From a virus (Duplodnaviria; Caudoviricetes), in IMG/VR virus record IMGVR_UViG_3300009103_001640, positions 1-59,071 of that record: a stretch of 59,071 nucleotides of DNA, one strand, 5' to 3'. A program made the position numbers and the translations under genes. The notes below the pieces were generated by a model that saw only the letters and a program-made list of their open reading frames with translations, ran no database searches and was not told the origin of the DNA. This document shows, in pieces, positions 46,201 to 54,860 of the stretch (position 1 is its first letter; the number at the start of each line of letters is the position of its first letter).

Positions 46201-46810
46201 CACTATAAGCCACCCGGCGCGCTCGACTGAAGCTAATTTCACTGCAGTTGCTGTGATAGAGTATTTAATCGAGTCGGCTCTTGCATACGGCGGCTGGACT
46301 ACCCCGGAATTTACTGCTGCAGCAAATAGAATTTTAAATAATTTGCCAATTAGCATACAAGCTGCGGGGTGGAGTACGTCGCCTTCGTCTCCTGTGCGAA
46401 GCAGTATAAAGGGCAAAGTAGGGGCAGACTATTGGAATCATCCAGTGATTAATGCTCTTTATCAGCTTTATTTTATGATGAACGTGCGTGTAGAATACTT
46501 GGTGGGATACCGCGATTCTAACTTGCGCCCGAAATATGAAAAGACAATTGGCGCAGAGATCTGGGCGCCCCTGAGTCAGAAAAGGGTCAGGTCTTTGCAC
46601 AGAGCCGAAGGGCAGCAGATTTTGTGCCGCTTGCGACCATACAATCATGAGGATTTGCGCATTGCTTTTCCCAAAGCTTTAGAAATGCCGATCTGGAATA
46701 ATAGATTTTTGTTAGTTGGAAACAATGGCAAAGCCCTTTCAGGCATTAAACGAAAGATGGGGCTCACCCGACCGGCTACACAGATCATAAGAGAAGGACT
46801 TACTTACTGA
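43247..46810 (+). CDS. Large hypothetical virion protein (1187 aa)
   Basis: Long ORF, TAATG coupled, inside structural block; no clear motif. Confidence 0.6.
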   Translation: MASNDMNFLADLIPTSVIKVITIETVGGTVELETNPHIVEETVPVYKRAELQATMGAEGGARFEALMKQFGADLGSTSYSGKQLGEIGAQMGMATSNKETTMVTLDVAMKDTLDREDVAGQWFMSGDITKYLYIIAVQFKSKRAVNTYRSLIGKATGPVMQIAHAYLTGKITKEELLAQGRKQNIPSVGNLIKSKNDITFKITSAQDIVNAIDSSTSGEAITEQDLMLAGYSSIDTNGDTIYEFPAKFQFEINSAEPNHAAYYICSYIDIEKLLEDNGLTTNTVNMSANQYANNGEWVTALANGELGNDGRISDFRDVNNVVPAHSVDLSQINMLDELASGTGQNFTTLPGYKPKYFSDIHLSVMPGRGCGFLFAFSQLDFMKDNSVYGRFFDNVADNTADAVLKRCTMEEMKIVRRRVKHFKQGSYARGYPSVYEPWTNEEKEHVVVSTRAKKRTGKLQSTRRIVQKKTGAPTSIGRTNSGGIRELNLKTNSTNGKDFKIRHFTGKDIGVKRQTDGIYQYGVEITMRDYVPVFIGAHLKELRKHVTRLKEYEVFSQIPVVNRYQQTYKDPHVGNKMVDQQTDKAIPVVNIVGGVSAANTNAPKQNQVGFYDPTINRFTRDFRRFAARRYARTRPWRRAPQVFVELLDLIVNNKMSDQEKLKIRKNMASVSNPASGTPRGINAVIETLELYIKIVEDLISSEPPTTNSSAASNPNTPNGGSGVTNRTVTHKVWFNNDAFNADAPPATGASFLNMSANGATTSIGIVTTGDYMERAQNEVLKYFTSPTAAPNPAKAYSCLSGMSVNMLQPDNTINLQRLKDYTGSHTEKSEMKKDFKNVVQWMGSKRKADQTRILTIDSKQRVGQAISPEFGFSLMTGKEYGDALRGRFEADSNSNPRLTEGVDDGASADPILSQPGVELPTAEAEDVDYVDVFPSAMATAEWASVQTGAELMDAFTNLAAGFEMQHETEFLTQMVINTKRDFMHSTISHPARSTEANFTAVAVIEYLIESALAYGGWTTPEFTAAANRILNNLPISIQAAGWSTSPSSPVRSSIKGKVGADYWNHPVINALYQLYFMMNVRVEYLVGYRDSNLRPKYEKTIGAEIWAPLSQKRVRSLHRAEGQQILCRLRPYNHEDLRIAFPKALEMPIWNNRFLLVGNNGKALSGIKRKMGLTRPATQIIREGLTY

Positions 46811-49800
46811 TGGCGAATGGAAAGAAGCAATATGTGATTTCATCTACCGCTTATGGAATTAACTTTTTAAAAAGAAATCAGCGATTTAAGACGCATTTTG
46901 AGAACATGGCTGCTCGCGATCCGTCCAAGCAGCAGCAGTCTGCTCGCGGCGCGACTCTGGACTCAACAACGCGCCAGAGAGAGACAGCAGAATTTTTCAA
47001 GTCTCTCCAGCGTTCAGATAAGTTTTTGGAAGATTCGTCACTTGGGGCAGGGGTGATGTCACCTGTTGATCCTATTCGCACTTTGTCTAATCGCATTTGG
47101 TCAGTCAGGGGCAGAGATCCTGATACTAAGCTGATGTTCCTTTCTGGCGCAATGTCGTTAGAAGCAGAGGGTAGCGTCTATCAGTCGCAACCATTTGACA
47201 TTGTGTTCTCTAACGAGGTCGCCAAGACGGGAGACGGAGTAATACCAGATCCTATCGAAGACAAGATGACAAAGTGGCGAGATCAGAAAAATGGACCCAT
47301 AGTTACGTCAGGCTTGTTCCCCGTGTACCAACAGAATATTAAACTTATACCAGTTGAAAGTACGTTTAACCAACTTTATATGACACTTACTGGTCTTACT
47401 CCAGAGCAGATCGCCAAAGCGGACGAACTTGCGGAGGATCCAAAGTACGGCGAAAAGATGAAAGCTATGCAAGTAGGGTCACAATTTCAGAAAGAAGGCT
47501 CAATCTATGCTTGGAATATGATGCGAAACTATATTGGAAAGACTGCGAGAACTGTTGCTGGCAGCAAGACTGCATACGAAGATTATTCATCGTACGTTAA
47601 CGTGCCGTTCAATATGTTAGAATCGAGGATCATGTCCTTTGACGGCACATGTGATTATGCACATTGTAAATCGGAATATAATTTCTATTCGATGATGTAC
47701 GAAAAGTTTTCAAAGCATGCGCCAGAACTGTTGCTGCCGTGTATGTTGTTGCAATCCGCTGCAGACACTAAACTCGGAGATCCTGAGACTATTAAGATTG
47801 CAAACGACAACGCCACGCTTGGTGGTGCGATTAAATCAGCGACTGCTGGAAACCTCATTGGAAGAAAGAAGAAGAGAGACGCCGATGCTGCTGAAGCTAT
47901 GACAATCTCCAGCCTGTATTGGCACGAGTTTGGCACTGTGCTATCTAGGGTTGCCAAAGCTGCCGTGAAAGGAAACGGCGTCACCTCTCAGCTACCGAAA
48001 GACATTGACGCTCTTGCTGATTCCAAATCAGCGCGCCAAACATTGGGGCGCATTCTCCAGAATAGTCCAGCGGCAGCATACTCTGCTGGAAAGATGAGAA
48101 ATCTCATATTCAGTGGAGATTATCAACAGCTTATCTCGGACACTGATTTGCATCGTGAGAACTATCCGATGTATGCCGATGTTAGCTTCACGGCAGATCA
48201 ATTCGCAATGTTCTCTGATTTCATTGATTATGCTGGGCTTATGCCAGATTTGATTGACGCTCTCGTTGCTAGCGAGCCCGGCAACACATCGTTGCTACAG
48301 GATGTGCCAAGCAGCAAAAGACCAGAGTTGGCTGTAGGCAAGCCTGTATTTGAGGCTCAACCAAAGATGCATGTTGTCCATCGTGTTGATGATGGCATCT
48401 CTATGGTACAGAAACAAAATATCGTGCCGATGAAGAGAAACATTTTTGATGTTGAAACTTGGCTATACGAGTTGTTAAACGATCAGCAAGATACGCAAAA
48501 GATGACCGGACGCCTTCATGCGCATGCTTCTGTTATTGCCGGCGACGGAATGGTAAATACGCTGGAGAAGCAGATTAAAACTATTATTGCTCTTGGCAAG
48601 ATCAAGGATATGGTGTCGGACTATGTTCGCAGTTACGAGCAGATCCTAAAAGGAGAAACGGCTTATTCTGAAACTGTAGTATATCAGGTTAGAAAGAGTG
48701 TTAAACAAAATGGCAACAGAGCCGGCAAGTTTATCCAGAATTTCTGGTTCGCTAATTCCACAAAGGTTACTAATATTAACTTTATGGATACGCAAGTCCA
48801 CTACGGACAAGAGTACATTTATGAAATCTTTGCCTACACGCTTGTCATCGGAACAAGATATGATATTGGCAACAAGTCCTTGGACATGAGCCCGCTTATC
48901 AAATCAACTGATAAATTAGAAACCATGCTCCGAGCGAATGATCAGAGTCTCAAAACTATGACGTTTAAGGATGCCCCATACTCACAAGCTGTGTGGTACA
49001 CCCCGACCCTTAAGCTTGTCAAAACACGTATTCATGCTGAGAGCATCATGATGTTTGATACTGCGCCGATTGTACCAGAGGTAGAGTTCGTTCCATACAA
49101 GGGTATTGCTCACAAATTGCTTTGCGTGTTCAAGGGAAGCGTCGGTCGCAATCAGTTGCCGACCCTATTTATCAATTCGGATCGTAATGCATACGGTCCA
49201 AACTTTGCCATGACTGAGCAGCAAGCAGCAGCTTTACAAAGAAAATATCAAAAGAATGAAATCCTTCCCGGTGAGAATCTTTTATACGAGTCGGATGATC
49301 GTCCTGAGTTCTTTGAGGTCTACCGCTTGACCAAGGCACCATACGGATATTCTGACTTCGATGGACAACTGTACGCAAGGGTCAACACCAGAATACCAAG
49401 CGAGAAGAGCACCTTCCCAGCTAGTGAGATATTGCCAAAATATGCAGACTCAGCCTCAATGGTTGATATCCTTGCGCCCAATACGAAATACTATTATATG
49501 GTTCGACAGGTGGATGTGCATGGCAACTTTTCTAACCCGTCTCCCGTTTTTGAAGTAGAGATGGTTAAGCAGAAAGAGGTCATTTATCCACTAATCAAAG
49601 AATATATTTTCAAAGACCCCATCCCTAGGACAAATAAGAAATATTTTAACAAGTATATTAAAATTGCCCCAACAGTGCAACAGGTACTAATTAATAATAC
49701 AGAGGCTACTTCTGCGTTCGACGCGGCAAACGGAGCCATTCAACTAGGGGCAGCAGACGCAAACATCTGGGGCAGAAAGTACAAGGTTCGCATCACCTCT

Positions 49801-49959
49801 ACCACAACAGGAAAATCGGCAGATTTGAATATTCAGTTTAATCAGAAGCACAAGAAAACTGCTACTGAGACGGAAGGCGGAGACGCGATCAACAAGGAAA
49901 CTGGTGTTAGGACAAAGACAAAGGACATAACTGCCGGCGCTTCAAAGAGCCGGCGCTAA
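46810..49959 (+). CDS. Large virion protein with C-terminal FN3/Ig-like domains (1049 aa)
   Basis: NFMDTQVHYGQEYIYEIFAY and VDILAPNTKYYYMVRQVDVHGNFSNPS are FN3-type strand patterns. Confidence 0.6.
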   Translation: MANGKKQYVISSTAYGINFLKRNQRFKTHFENMAARDPSKQQQSARGATLDSTTRQRETAEFFKSLQRSDKFLEDSSLGAGVMSPVDPIRTLSNRIWSVRGRDPDTKLMFLSGAMSLEAEGSVYQSQPFDIVFSNEVAKTGDGVIPDPIEDKMTKWRDQKNGPIVTSGLFPVYQQNIKLIPVESTFNQLYMTLTGLTPEQIAKADELAEDPKYGEKMKAMQVGSQFQKEGSIYAWNMMRNYIGKTARTVAGSKTAYEDYSSYVNVPFNMLESRIMSFDGTCDYAHCKSEYNFYSMMYEKFSKHAPELLLPCMLLQSAADTKLGDPETIKIANDNATLGGAIKSATAGNLIGRKKKRDADAAEAMTISSLYWHEFGTVLSRVAKAAVKGNGVTSQLPKDIDALADSKSARQTLGRILQNSPAAAYSAGKMRNLIFSGDYQQLISDTDLHRENYPMYADVSFTADQFAMFSDFIDYAGLMPDLIDALVASEPGNTSLLQDVPSSKRPELAVGKPVFEAQPKMHVVHRVDDGISMVQKQNIVPMKRNIFDVETWLYELLNDQQDTQKMTGRLHAHASVIAGDGMVNTLEKQIKTIIALGKIKDMVSDYVRSYEQILKGETAYSETVVYQVRKSVKQNGNRAGKFIQNFWFANSTKVTNINFMDTQVHYGQEYIYEIFAYTLVIGTRYDIGNKSLDMSPLIKSTDKLETMLRANDQSLKTMTFKDAPYSQAVWYTPTLKLVKTRIHAESIMMFDTAPIVPEVEFVPYKGIAHKLLCVFKGSVGRNQLPTLFINSDRNAYGPNFAMTEQQAAALQRKYQKNEILPGENLLYESDDRPEFFEVYRLTKAPYGYSDFDGQLYARVNTRIPSEKSTFPASEILPKYADSASMVDILAPNTKYYYMVRQVDVHGNFSNPSPVFEVEMVKQKEVIYPLIKEYIFKDPIPRTNKKYFNKYIKIAPTVQQVLINNTEATSAFDAANGAIQLGAADANIWGRKYKVRITSTTTGKSADLNIQFNQKHKKTATETEGGDAINKETGVRTKTKDITAGASKSRR

Positions 49960-49977
49960 AACACAGAAAAGAATGTT

Positions 49978-50017
49978 TTAAGAGAAAGCACTATTTACTG
50001 TATAATAAACTAATTAA
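49978..50017 (+). promoter_or_regulatory. Promoter cluster: TTAAGA-17nt-TATAAT plus two ACTAWTTA motifs
   Basis: -35-like 49978-49983, TATAAT 50001-50006, ACTATTTAC 49990-49998, ACTAATTAA 50009-50017; longest intergenic gap; GGAG SD before 50038. Confidence 0.55.
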
Positions 50018-50037
50018 GTAACGGAGACAAGAGTTTA

Positions 50038-50991
50038 ATGGGATTCTTAGATAACTCGGGTGATATCATCCTCGACGCGGTACTAACCGACACAGGCAGA
50101 TATCGACTCGCAAAGGGCGATGGCTCTTTTAAAATCAGCAAGTTCGCACTTTGCGACGATGAGATTGATTACTCACTTTATAACAAAGATCACGTCAATG
50201 GTAGCGCATACTATGACTTGGAGATTCTGCAATCACCGGTGATGGAGGCGTTTACGAATAACGGCTCTATGATGAAGAGCAAGCTGCTCTCTATCTCTCG
50301 CACCAACTTGCTGTATTTGCCAATTTTGAAATTGAACAACAGCGCACCAGATGCGTCTATGACAACGCTGGATGACGTTGCAACATTTGTTGTTGCGGTA
50401 GACGCCGATTCAGAAGCAAATTCTTCTGGCGGACTAAACGCATCACAAACCAATGGTGTGCTCGCCGGCGAATCGCTTAACTCTCCATCACATGTTCGTA
50501 TTGACCAAGGGCTGAATACGACCGAAATCCCGCCTTCGTTTACTATTGATTCTGACTTGGCTGAGACTGCGTATATCCTCGAAATCGATAACCGTCTTGG
50601 TCGAATCGCTCACCCCACGAAAACATCGCTTGCAGATCCGTCTTTTATTGATGACGACAATATTGCAAGCTATTACTTGACTCTCAATGACAGTGGATAT
50701 GTGAGTTCTAATGAGAGTACAGCAACTTCTACACAGGATAACACGCAAGTCATCACTGGTCCTCGCGGCACAATCCTCAAGTTTAGAATCCAAGCAAGTC
50801 TGGAATTGAATACCAGCACATATCTGTTTGACCTCATCGGCGGTACAGGCACGGTTAGTATTAACCGCAGCACTGATGATGGTCCGGTAGCTTCAAGCTT
50901 CACCAACTACATTGACACTATTGTGCGTGTGACTGGCGCTACAACGGGATACAGTTTGGACATTCCAGTGAGATTTGTTAAGAAGGCATAA
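50038..50991 (+). CDS. Virion protein, tail collar/fibre-base N-half-like
   Basis: DAVLTDTGRYRLAKG..FKISKFALCDDEIDY resembles the N-terminus of tail-collar fibre domains. Confidence 0.6.
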   Translation: MGFLDNSGDIILDAVLTDTGRYRLAKGDGSFKISKFALCDDEIDYSLYNKDHVNGSAYYDLEILQSPVMEAFTNNGSMMKSKLLSISRTNLLYLPILKLNNSAPDASMTTLDDVATFVVAVDADSEANSSGGLNASQTNGVLAGESLNSPSHVRIDQGLNTTEIPPSFTIDSDLAETAYILEIDNRLGRIAHPTKTSLADPSFIDDDNIASYYLTLNDSGYVSSNESTATSTQDNTQVITGPRGTILKFRIQASLELNTSTYLFDLIGGTGTVSINRSTDDGPVASSFTNYIDTIVRVTGATTGYSLDIPVRFVKKA

Positions 50992-51001
50992 GGAATAAAA
51001 C

Positions 51002-52315
51002 ATGGCGACAACATATAAAACTTTTTCAAACAATGATATTGTTTCAACTAAGACGCTTCTGAATGAAGCAATCCCTCTCACCGGAACGGTTGTTTCCGGC
51101 ACGTATATGGAGGGCACCAGCGAAGTCAACATCAAGAATTACGCTCATGGCATGTTCCAGAGTATCTATGATTATCCTTATCTGAGTTCTTCGGCAAACC
51201 ACATTTTCGACATTACGTTTGGCTACTCTGCCAATTCATCGTGCTCTTCATCGACCAGCACGCAAAACGCCAAGAAGATTAATATTTATAACCAGATGGC
51301 GAAGGTGCTCGTCGGACACAGTTCTTCTGGTGTTATTCAGGAGTTTGATGAAGACGGAGACTTGACTGGCGGAACCAAGCTACAAGAATGTTTCTTTGTT
51401 AACTTTGCTCGCCTGCTTACAAAGGACGAGATCAAGAAAGGTTCATTTAGTTTAGAACTCGGTATTGAGCCCGGTAACTCTGCGTCGTTCCATAAGCGTA
51501 TTAAATGTACTGACTACAATGCACAAAACGATTATCGCGTAAACTCTCCCGCAGGAGATTATGCTGTGCTTTATGCAGAAACCAGTTATGATGGTGGACG
51601 AACCACTGATGGTCTTGCATATTCTGACCGAAAGTTTCTCAAAGGCGAGAAAGAACTTGGTCGCGTTAAGTGCGGTCTGCTTTATTATCAAGCCGGCGTA
51701 GCTGTGCTTACTTCTTCTCTGTTCGCTCATGCTTCGGCATCTGCTGCGCATAGCAATGGAAAGATAAACGGCACCGGCGAGACAGCGGCAAATGGCTCTG
51801 GCTTGCTCGGCGAGGACTATGGGGGATATTTCGATGGCACCGCAGTAGAAGGCAACTACAAGGACATGGGCGCCCACCACACCTATCAGCCTTTCCTTGG
51901 ACCACACATCGGACCCACCACTAGCGATGCCAACGCTGATGGAACACCGACTCTTACAGAGGGTGAAAATCTTTTTATTCGTCAAATGATGACCGGTTCT
52001 GAAATCTCCTCTTCCTGTAATGCGCTGAGATCGCGTCTTTACAACCTCTCGTTCAACAACACGACGGAACTTAACTCGACAATTTACTTCTGTCGAATGA
52101 ACCACAACGAGTTCAACTACAGTTCCAACCCCACATACCTGAACGGTTCCAAGATTCGCGTTAAGAACGTTGCAGGCGATACTCCAGTTGCTTATGTTAC
52201 TGGTGTCGGACTTTACTCATCGGACAATGAGTTGATGGCAGTGGCAAAGTTGTCAGAGCCCCTGAAGAAAGACCCAACAAACGAGTTGACACTGAGAGTT
52301 CGTCTAGACTACTAG
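51002..52315 (+). CDS. Virion protein, tail collar/fibre-base C-half-like; paralogue of 52949
   Basis: YFCRMNHNEFNYSSNPTY...YVTGVGLYSSDNELMAVAKLSEPLKK..LTLRVRLDY; SD AAGGA. Confidence 0.65.
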   Translation: MATTYKTFSNNDIVSTKTLLNEAIPLTGTVVSGTYMEGTSEVNIKNYAHGMFQSIYDYPYLSSSANHIFDITFGYSANSSCSSSTSTQNAKKINIYNQMAKVLVGHSSSGVIQEFDEDGDLTGGTKLQECFFVNFARLLTKDEIKKGSFSLELGIEPGNSASFHKRIKCTDYNAQNDYRVNSPAGDYAVLYAETSYDGGRTTDGLAYSDRKFLKGEKELGRVKCGLLYYQAGVAVLTSSLFAHASASAAHSNGKINGTGETAANGSGLLGEDYGGYFDGTAVEGNYKDMGAHHTYQPFLGPHIGPTTSDANADGTPTLTEGENLFIRQMMTGSEISSSCNALRSRLYNLSFNNTTELNSTIYFCRMNHNEFNYSSNPTYLNGSKIRVKNVAGDTPVAYVTGVGLYSSDNELMAVAKLSEPLKKDPTNELTLRVRLDY

Positions 52316-52327
52316 GCGGGCTTTCGT

Positions 52328-52939
52328 ATGAGCACACCGAAACTCAGAAAGAAATACGAAAAGCTTATCTTAGAGCTTCGGTACTTAACCGCTGATTATG
52401 ATTATCATCGCATGGCGTACGCCGATGCGCAGCAAAGATTTGCAAAAGACTTTGAAGAGTACCAGACAGAGTTTAATCTATCCGACCCTCCAGAGCGCGA
52501 TGCCAGCAGCACTGGTTCTGAGGAAGATTTTACGGAATTAGAAGCCGTCGAGGATGAGTCAAAGAGAAAGCGAATAAACGCCGTTGCCAACGCAGTCTTT
52601 AAGAAGATAGCGAAAGCCACTCACCCAGACAAACTTATGCATCTGAGTGAAGAAGAGCAGAGACGAAGAGAAGGTATGTTTCAGGACGCACAAGATGCTT
52701 CGTCTAAACGCGAATGGTATCGACTGTTGTGTATCGCAACAGATCTGGGCATTTCTCTGCCAACACCAACCAAAGAACATATTGCCTTGCTGGAATCAAA
52801 AAATAAAGAACTTCGCCAAGTGATCGTCCACATGGAAAAGACATATGCTTGGGTATATTCTCAAATGCCAAACTCGGCATCTAAGCAGAATGTTCTTAGA
52901 GAATTCGCCAAAGCGGTTGGATATATCACCGGCGACTAA
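52328..52939 (+). CDS. J-domain (DnaJ-like) co-chaperone
   Basis: AVFKKIAKATHPDKL...EGMFQDAQDA: helix II, HPD loop, helix III. Confidence 0.7.
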   Translation: MSTPKLRKKYEKLILELRYLTADYDYHRMAYADAQQRFAKDFEEYQTEFNLSDPPERDASSTGSEEDFTELEAVEDESKRKRINAVANAVFKKIAKATHPDKLMHLSEEEQRRREGMFQDAQDASSKREWYRLLCIATDLGISLPTPTKEHIALLESKNKELRQVIVHMEKTYAWVYSQMPNSASKQNVLREFAKAVGYITGD

Positions 52940-52943
52940 TTAT
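52935..52943 (+). promoter_or_regulatory. Candidate late promoter ACTAATTAT
   Basis: Overlaps the stop of the J-domain gene; ends 5 nt before ATG 52949; no SD. Confidence 0.45.
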
Positions 52944-52948
52944 TTAAA

Positions 52949-54289
52949 ATGCCATACTATAAATTTAAGAAAAGAGATCTGATTTATAATCGGATCAAGA
53001 CATTCCCCAAGGTCGAGTTCACGGTTGCTAGAGGACCGGACGACACTACGAGTAAAGTTTATTATAACCACAATCCTCAGATTGATGGTAAGTTTGGTTT
53101 AGGAAGTCCTGAGTCTGGACACGTATCTTTGTATGAACTCAACGTGGACAAGTTTAGTGGTTCGGTCTATGACCCCGCTAAGGACACGACTGAAGGCGAA
53201 GGTGTCAATAACGAGATTTTTCCGTTTATTGTCAAGGGCAGTAGCATGCACTCATTCGGTACCGTCAGTTCAACTGGCTTCCACGGCATCTCGTATGGCG
53301 ATGAGATTACCAGCAGCTACTCGATGACTGCATCTGTTCAAAGACTGTACTACCGGGAGAACGACAGCAGAAAGCACGTCTTCGCCCTTAAGAGTCACCT
53401 TGACCGCGCTGCAACAACGAGCCGGCACTTCGCCTTCACCGGTTCAGGGGGATCCAATGAAGAGGTCGATAACGGGTGGGACAAAAGCACACAAGAGATG
53501 AGTATTATTGATGTGCCATCCATCTTTTATGGTAACTCGATTAAGAAAGGCTCCATTAATTTAAAGTTTTATCTTACCGGTACATTGGTCGGCGAACTTT
53601 CTGACATTAAAAACAATGGCGAATTAATCCAGATTGGACCTACAGGATCGACAGGTTCGGGCTCCGTTGCGGGCATCGTTATGTACGACGCCGGGCTTTT
53701 TCTCTTGACAGGCTCATGGGATCTTGATATAGTAGAGAGGAATTATAGAAGTGCAGGTGCGGGAGACTTGGTAACTTCGCAATGGGTGTATTTCGGATAT
53801 GGCATACCCACTCGGGCATTGGAGGAGAGTGACGAGGGTACATTAGAAGGAGCCTCGCAGGTGATCAACAAGCAGCTTCAATATGTGGATATGAAGTCGG
53901 ATGACTTAACGGGTTCACAATTCTCTATTAGCTTTAGAGGAGTAAACTATATCCCAACTGTGACAATGTTTTGTCGAGCGCCAAAGAACAAACTAAACCA
54001 TTCCAACAACCCAACATATCTTGCCCACTCCTCATCGTTAGATGAGTCGGGCTCAGTTGAAACAATCACGGGTTCTACGATTTATCGCGAGAACGATAGA
54101 CAACAAATAAACAATGTTGTATACAGCGCCTATAATAGTATTACGGGCAGCTTCAAAAAAACAACCTTCATTACGCAAGTTAAGATTTATGATGAAGAGA
54201 TGAATTGCATTGGCATAGCCAAGATAGCAAAACCAGTAAAGAAGACGCCAGAACGCGACTTCACATTTAAGTTAAAAGTAGATTTTTAA
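52949..54289 (+). CDS. Virion protein, paralogue of 51002
   Basis: IKKGS; GIVMYDAGLFLL; MFCRAPKNKLNHSNNPTY...FITQVKIYDEEMNCIGIAKIAKPVKK..FTFKLKVDF. Confidence 0.65.
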   Translation: MPYYKFKKRDLIYNRIKTFPKVEFTVARGPDDTTSKVYYNHNPQIDGKFGLGSPESGHVSLYELNVDKFSGSVYDPAKDTTEGEGVNNEIFPFIVKGSSMHSFGTVSSTGFHGISYGDEITSSYSMTASVQRLYYRENDSRKHVFALKSHLDRAATTSRHFAFTGSGGSNEEVDNGWDKSTQEMSIIDVPSIFYGNSIKKGSINLKFYLTGTLVGELSDIKNNGELIQIGPTGSTGSGSVAGIVMYDAGLFLLTGSWDLDIVERNYRSAGAGDLVTSQWVYFGYGIPTRALEESDEGTLEGASQVINKQLQYVDMKSDDLTGSQFSISFRGVNYIPTVTMFCRAPKNKLNHSNNPTYLAHSSSLDESGSVETITGSTIYRENDRQQINNVVYSAYNSITGSFKKTTFITQVKIYDEEMNCIGIAKIAKPVKKTPERDFTFKLKVDF

Positions 54290-54290
54290 T

Positions 54291-54827
54291 ATGAGCAATA
54301 CATTGGGGCTGGATATCAGCACCACAAGGATAGGTATCGCCGTGCTTGACGCTAGCGACAACCTTATACACAGTGATTTGATTAAGTTCAAATCTGAACT
54401 TCCGCTTGAGGATCGTGCTGCGATCTTTGAGTCAATCATGCGCAAGATAAACAGCAAGTACACTCCGTTCTATGTGTTCGTCGAGAAGCCCGCGATCAAC
54501 TTTCGCTCTGGCTCGACTGCGCACGTTATGGCGAAACTGCAGCGATTCAACGGAATGTGCAGCTACGCCTGCCGCAAGGTATTCAAAGAGAATCCAGAGT
54601 TAATCGATGTACGCACTGCCCGCCGCACATTGGGCATTAAGATTCCACGCGGCAAAGGCATGAAGAGTCAGGCTAAGAGAGTGGTTATTGAATATGTTGA
54701 AAAGCAGTATGAAAGCTTCCAATACAACCTGACCTACAAGGGAAATCCCCAGCCGGGAACTGATGATCGAGCAGATGCTGTGGTCATCGCTCTTGCAGGT
54801 ATTAAGATTTTTGAAGAAAACGCTTGA
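54291..54827 (+). CDS. ruvC: RuvC-like Holliday junction resolvase
   Basis: LGLDISTTRIGIAVL, VFVEKP, DDRADAVVIA acidic catalytic residues. Confidence 0.8.
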   Translation: MSNTLGLDISTTRIGIAVLDASDNLIHSDLIKFKSELPLEDRAAIFESIMRKINSKYTPFYVFVEKPAINFRSGSTAHVMAKLQRFNGMCSYACRKVFKENPELIDVRTARRTLGIKIPRGKGMKSQAKRVVIEYVEKQYESFQYNLTYKGNPQPGTDDRADAVVIALAGIKIFEENA

Positions 54828-54852
54828 CAGCGTTCTGCATATAGGGTATAGT
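54824..54852 (+). promoter_or_regulatory. Consensus sigma70 promoter TTGACA-17nt-TATAGT
   Basis: TTGACA 54824-54829, 17-nt spacer, TATAGT 54847-54852; directly before the primase. Confidence 0.8.
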
Positions 54853-54860
54853 AATACTGC

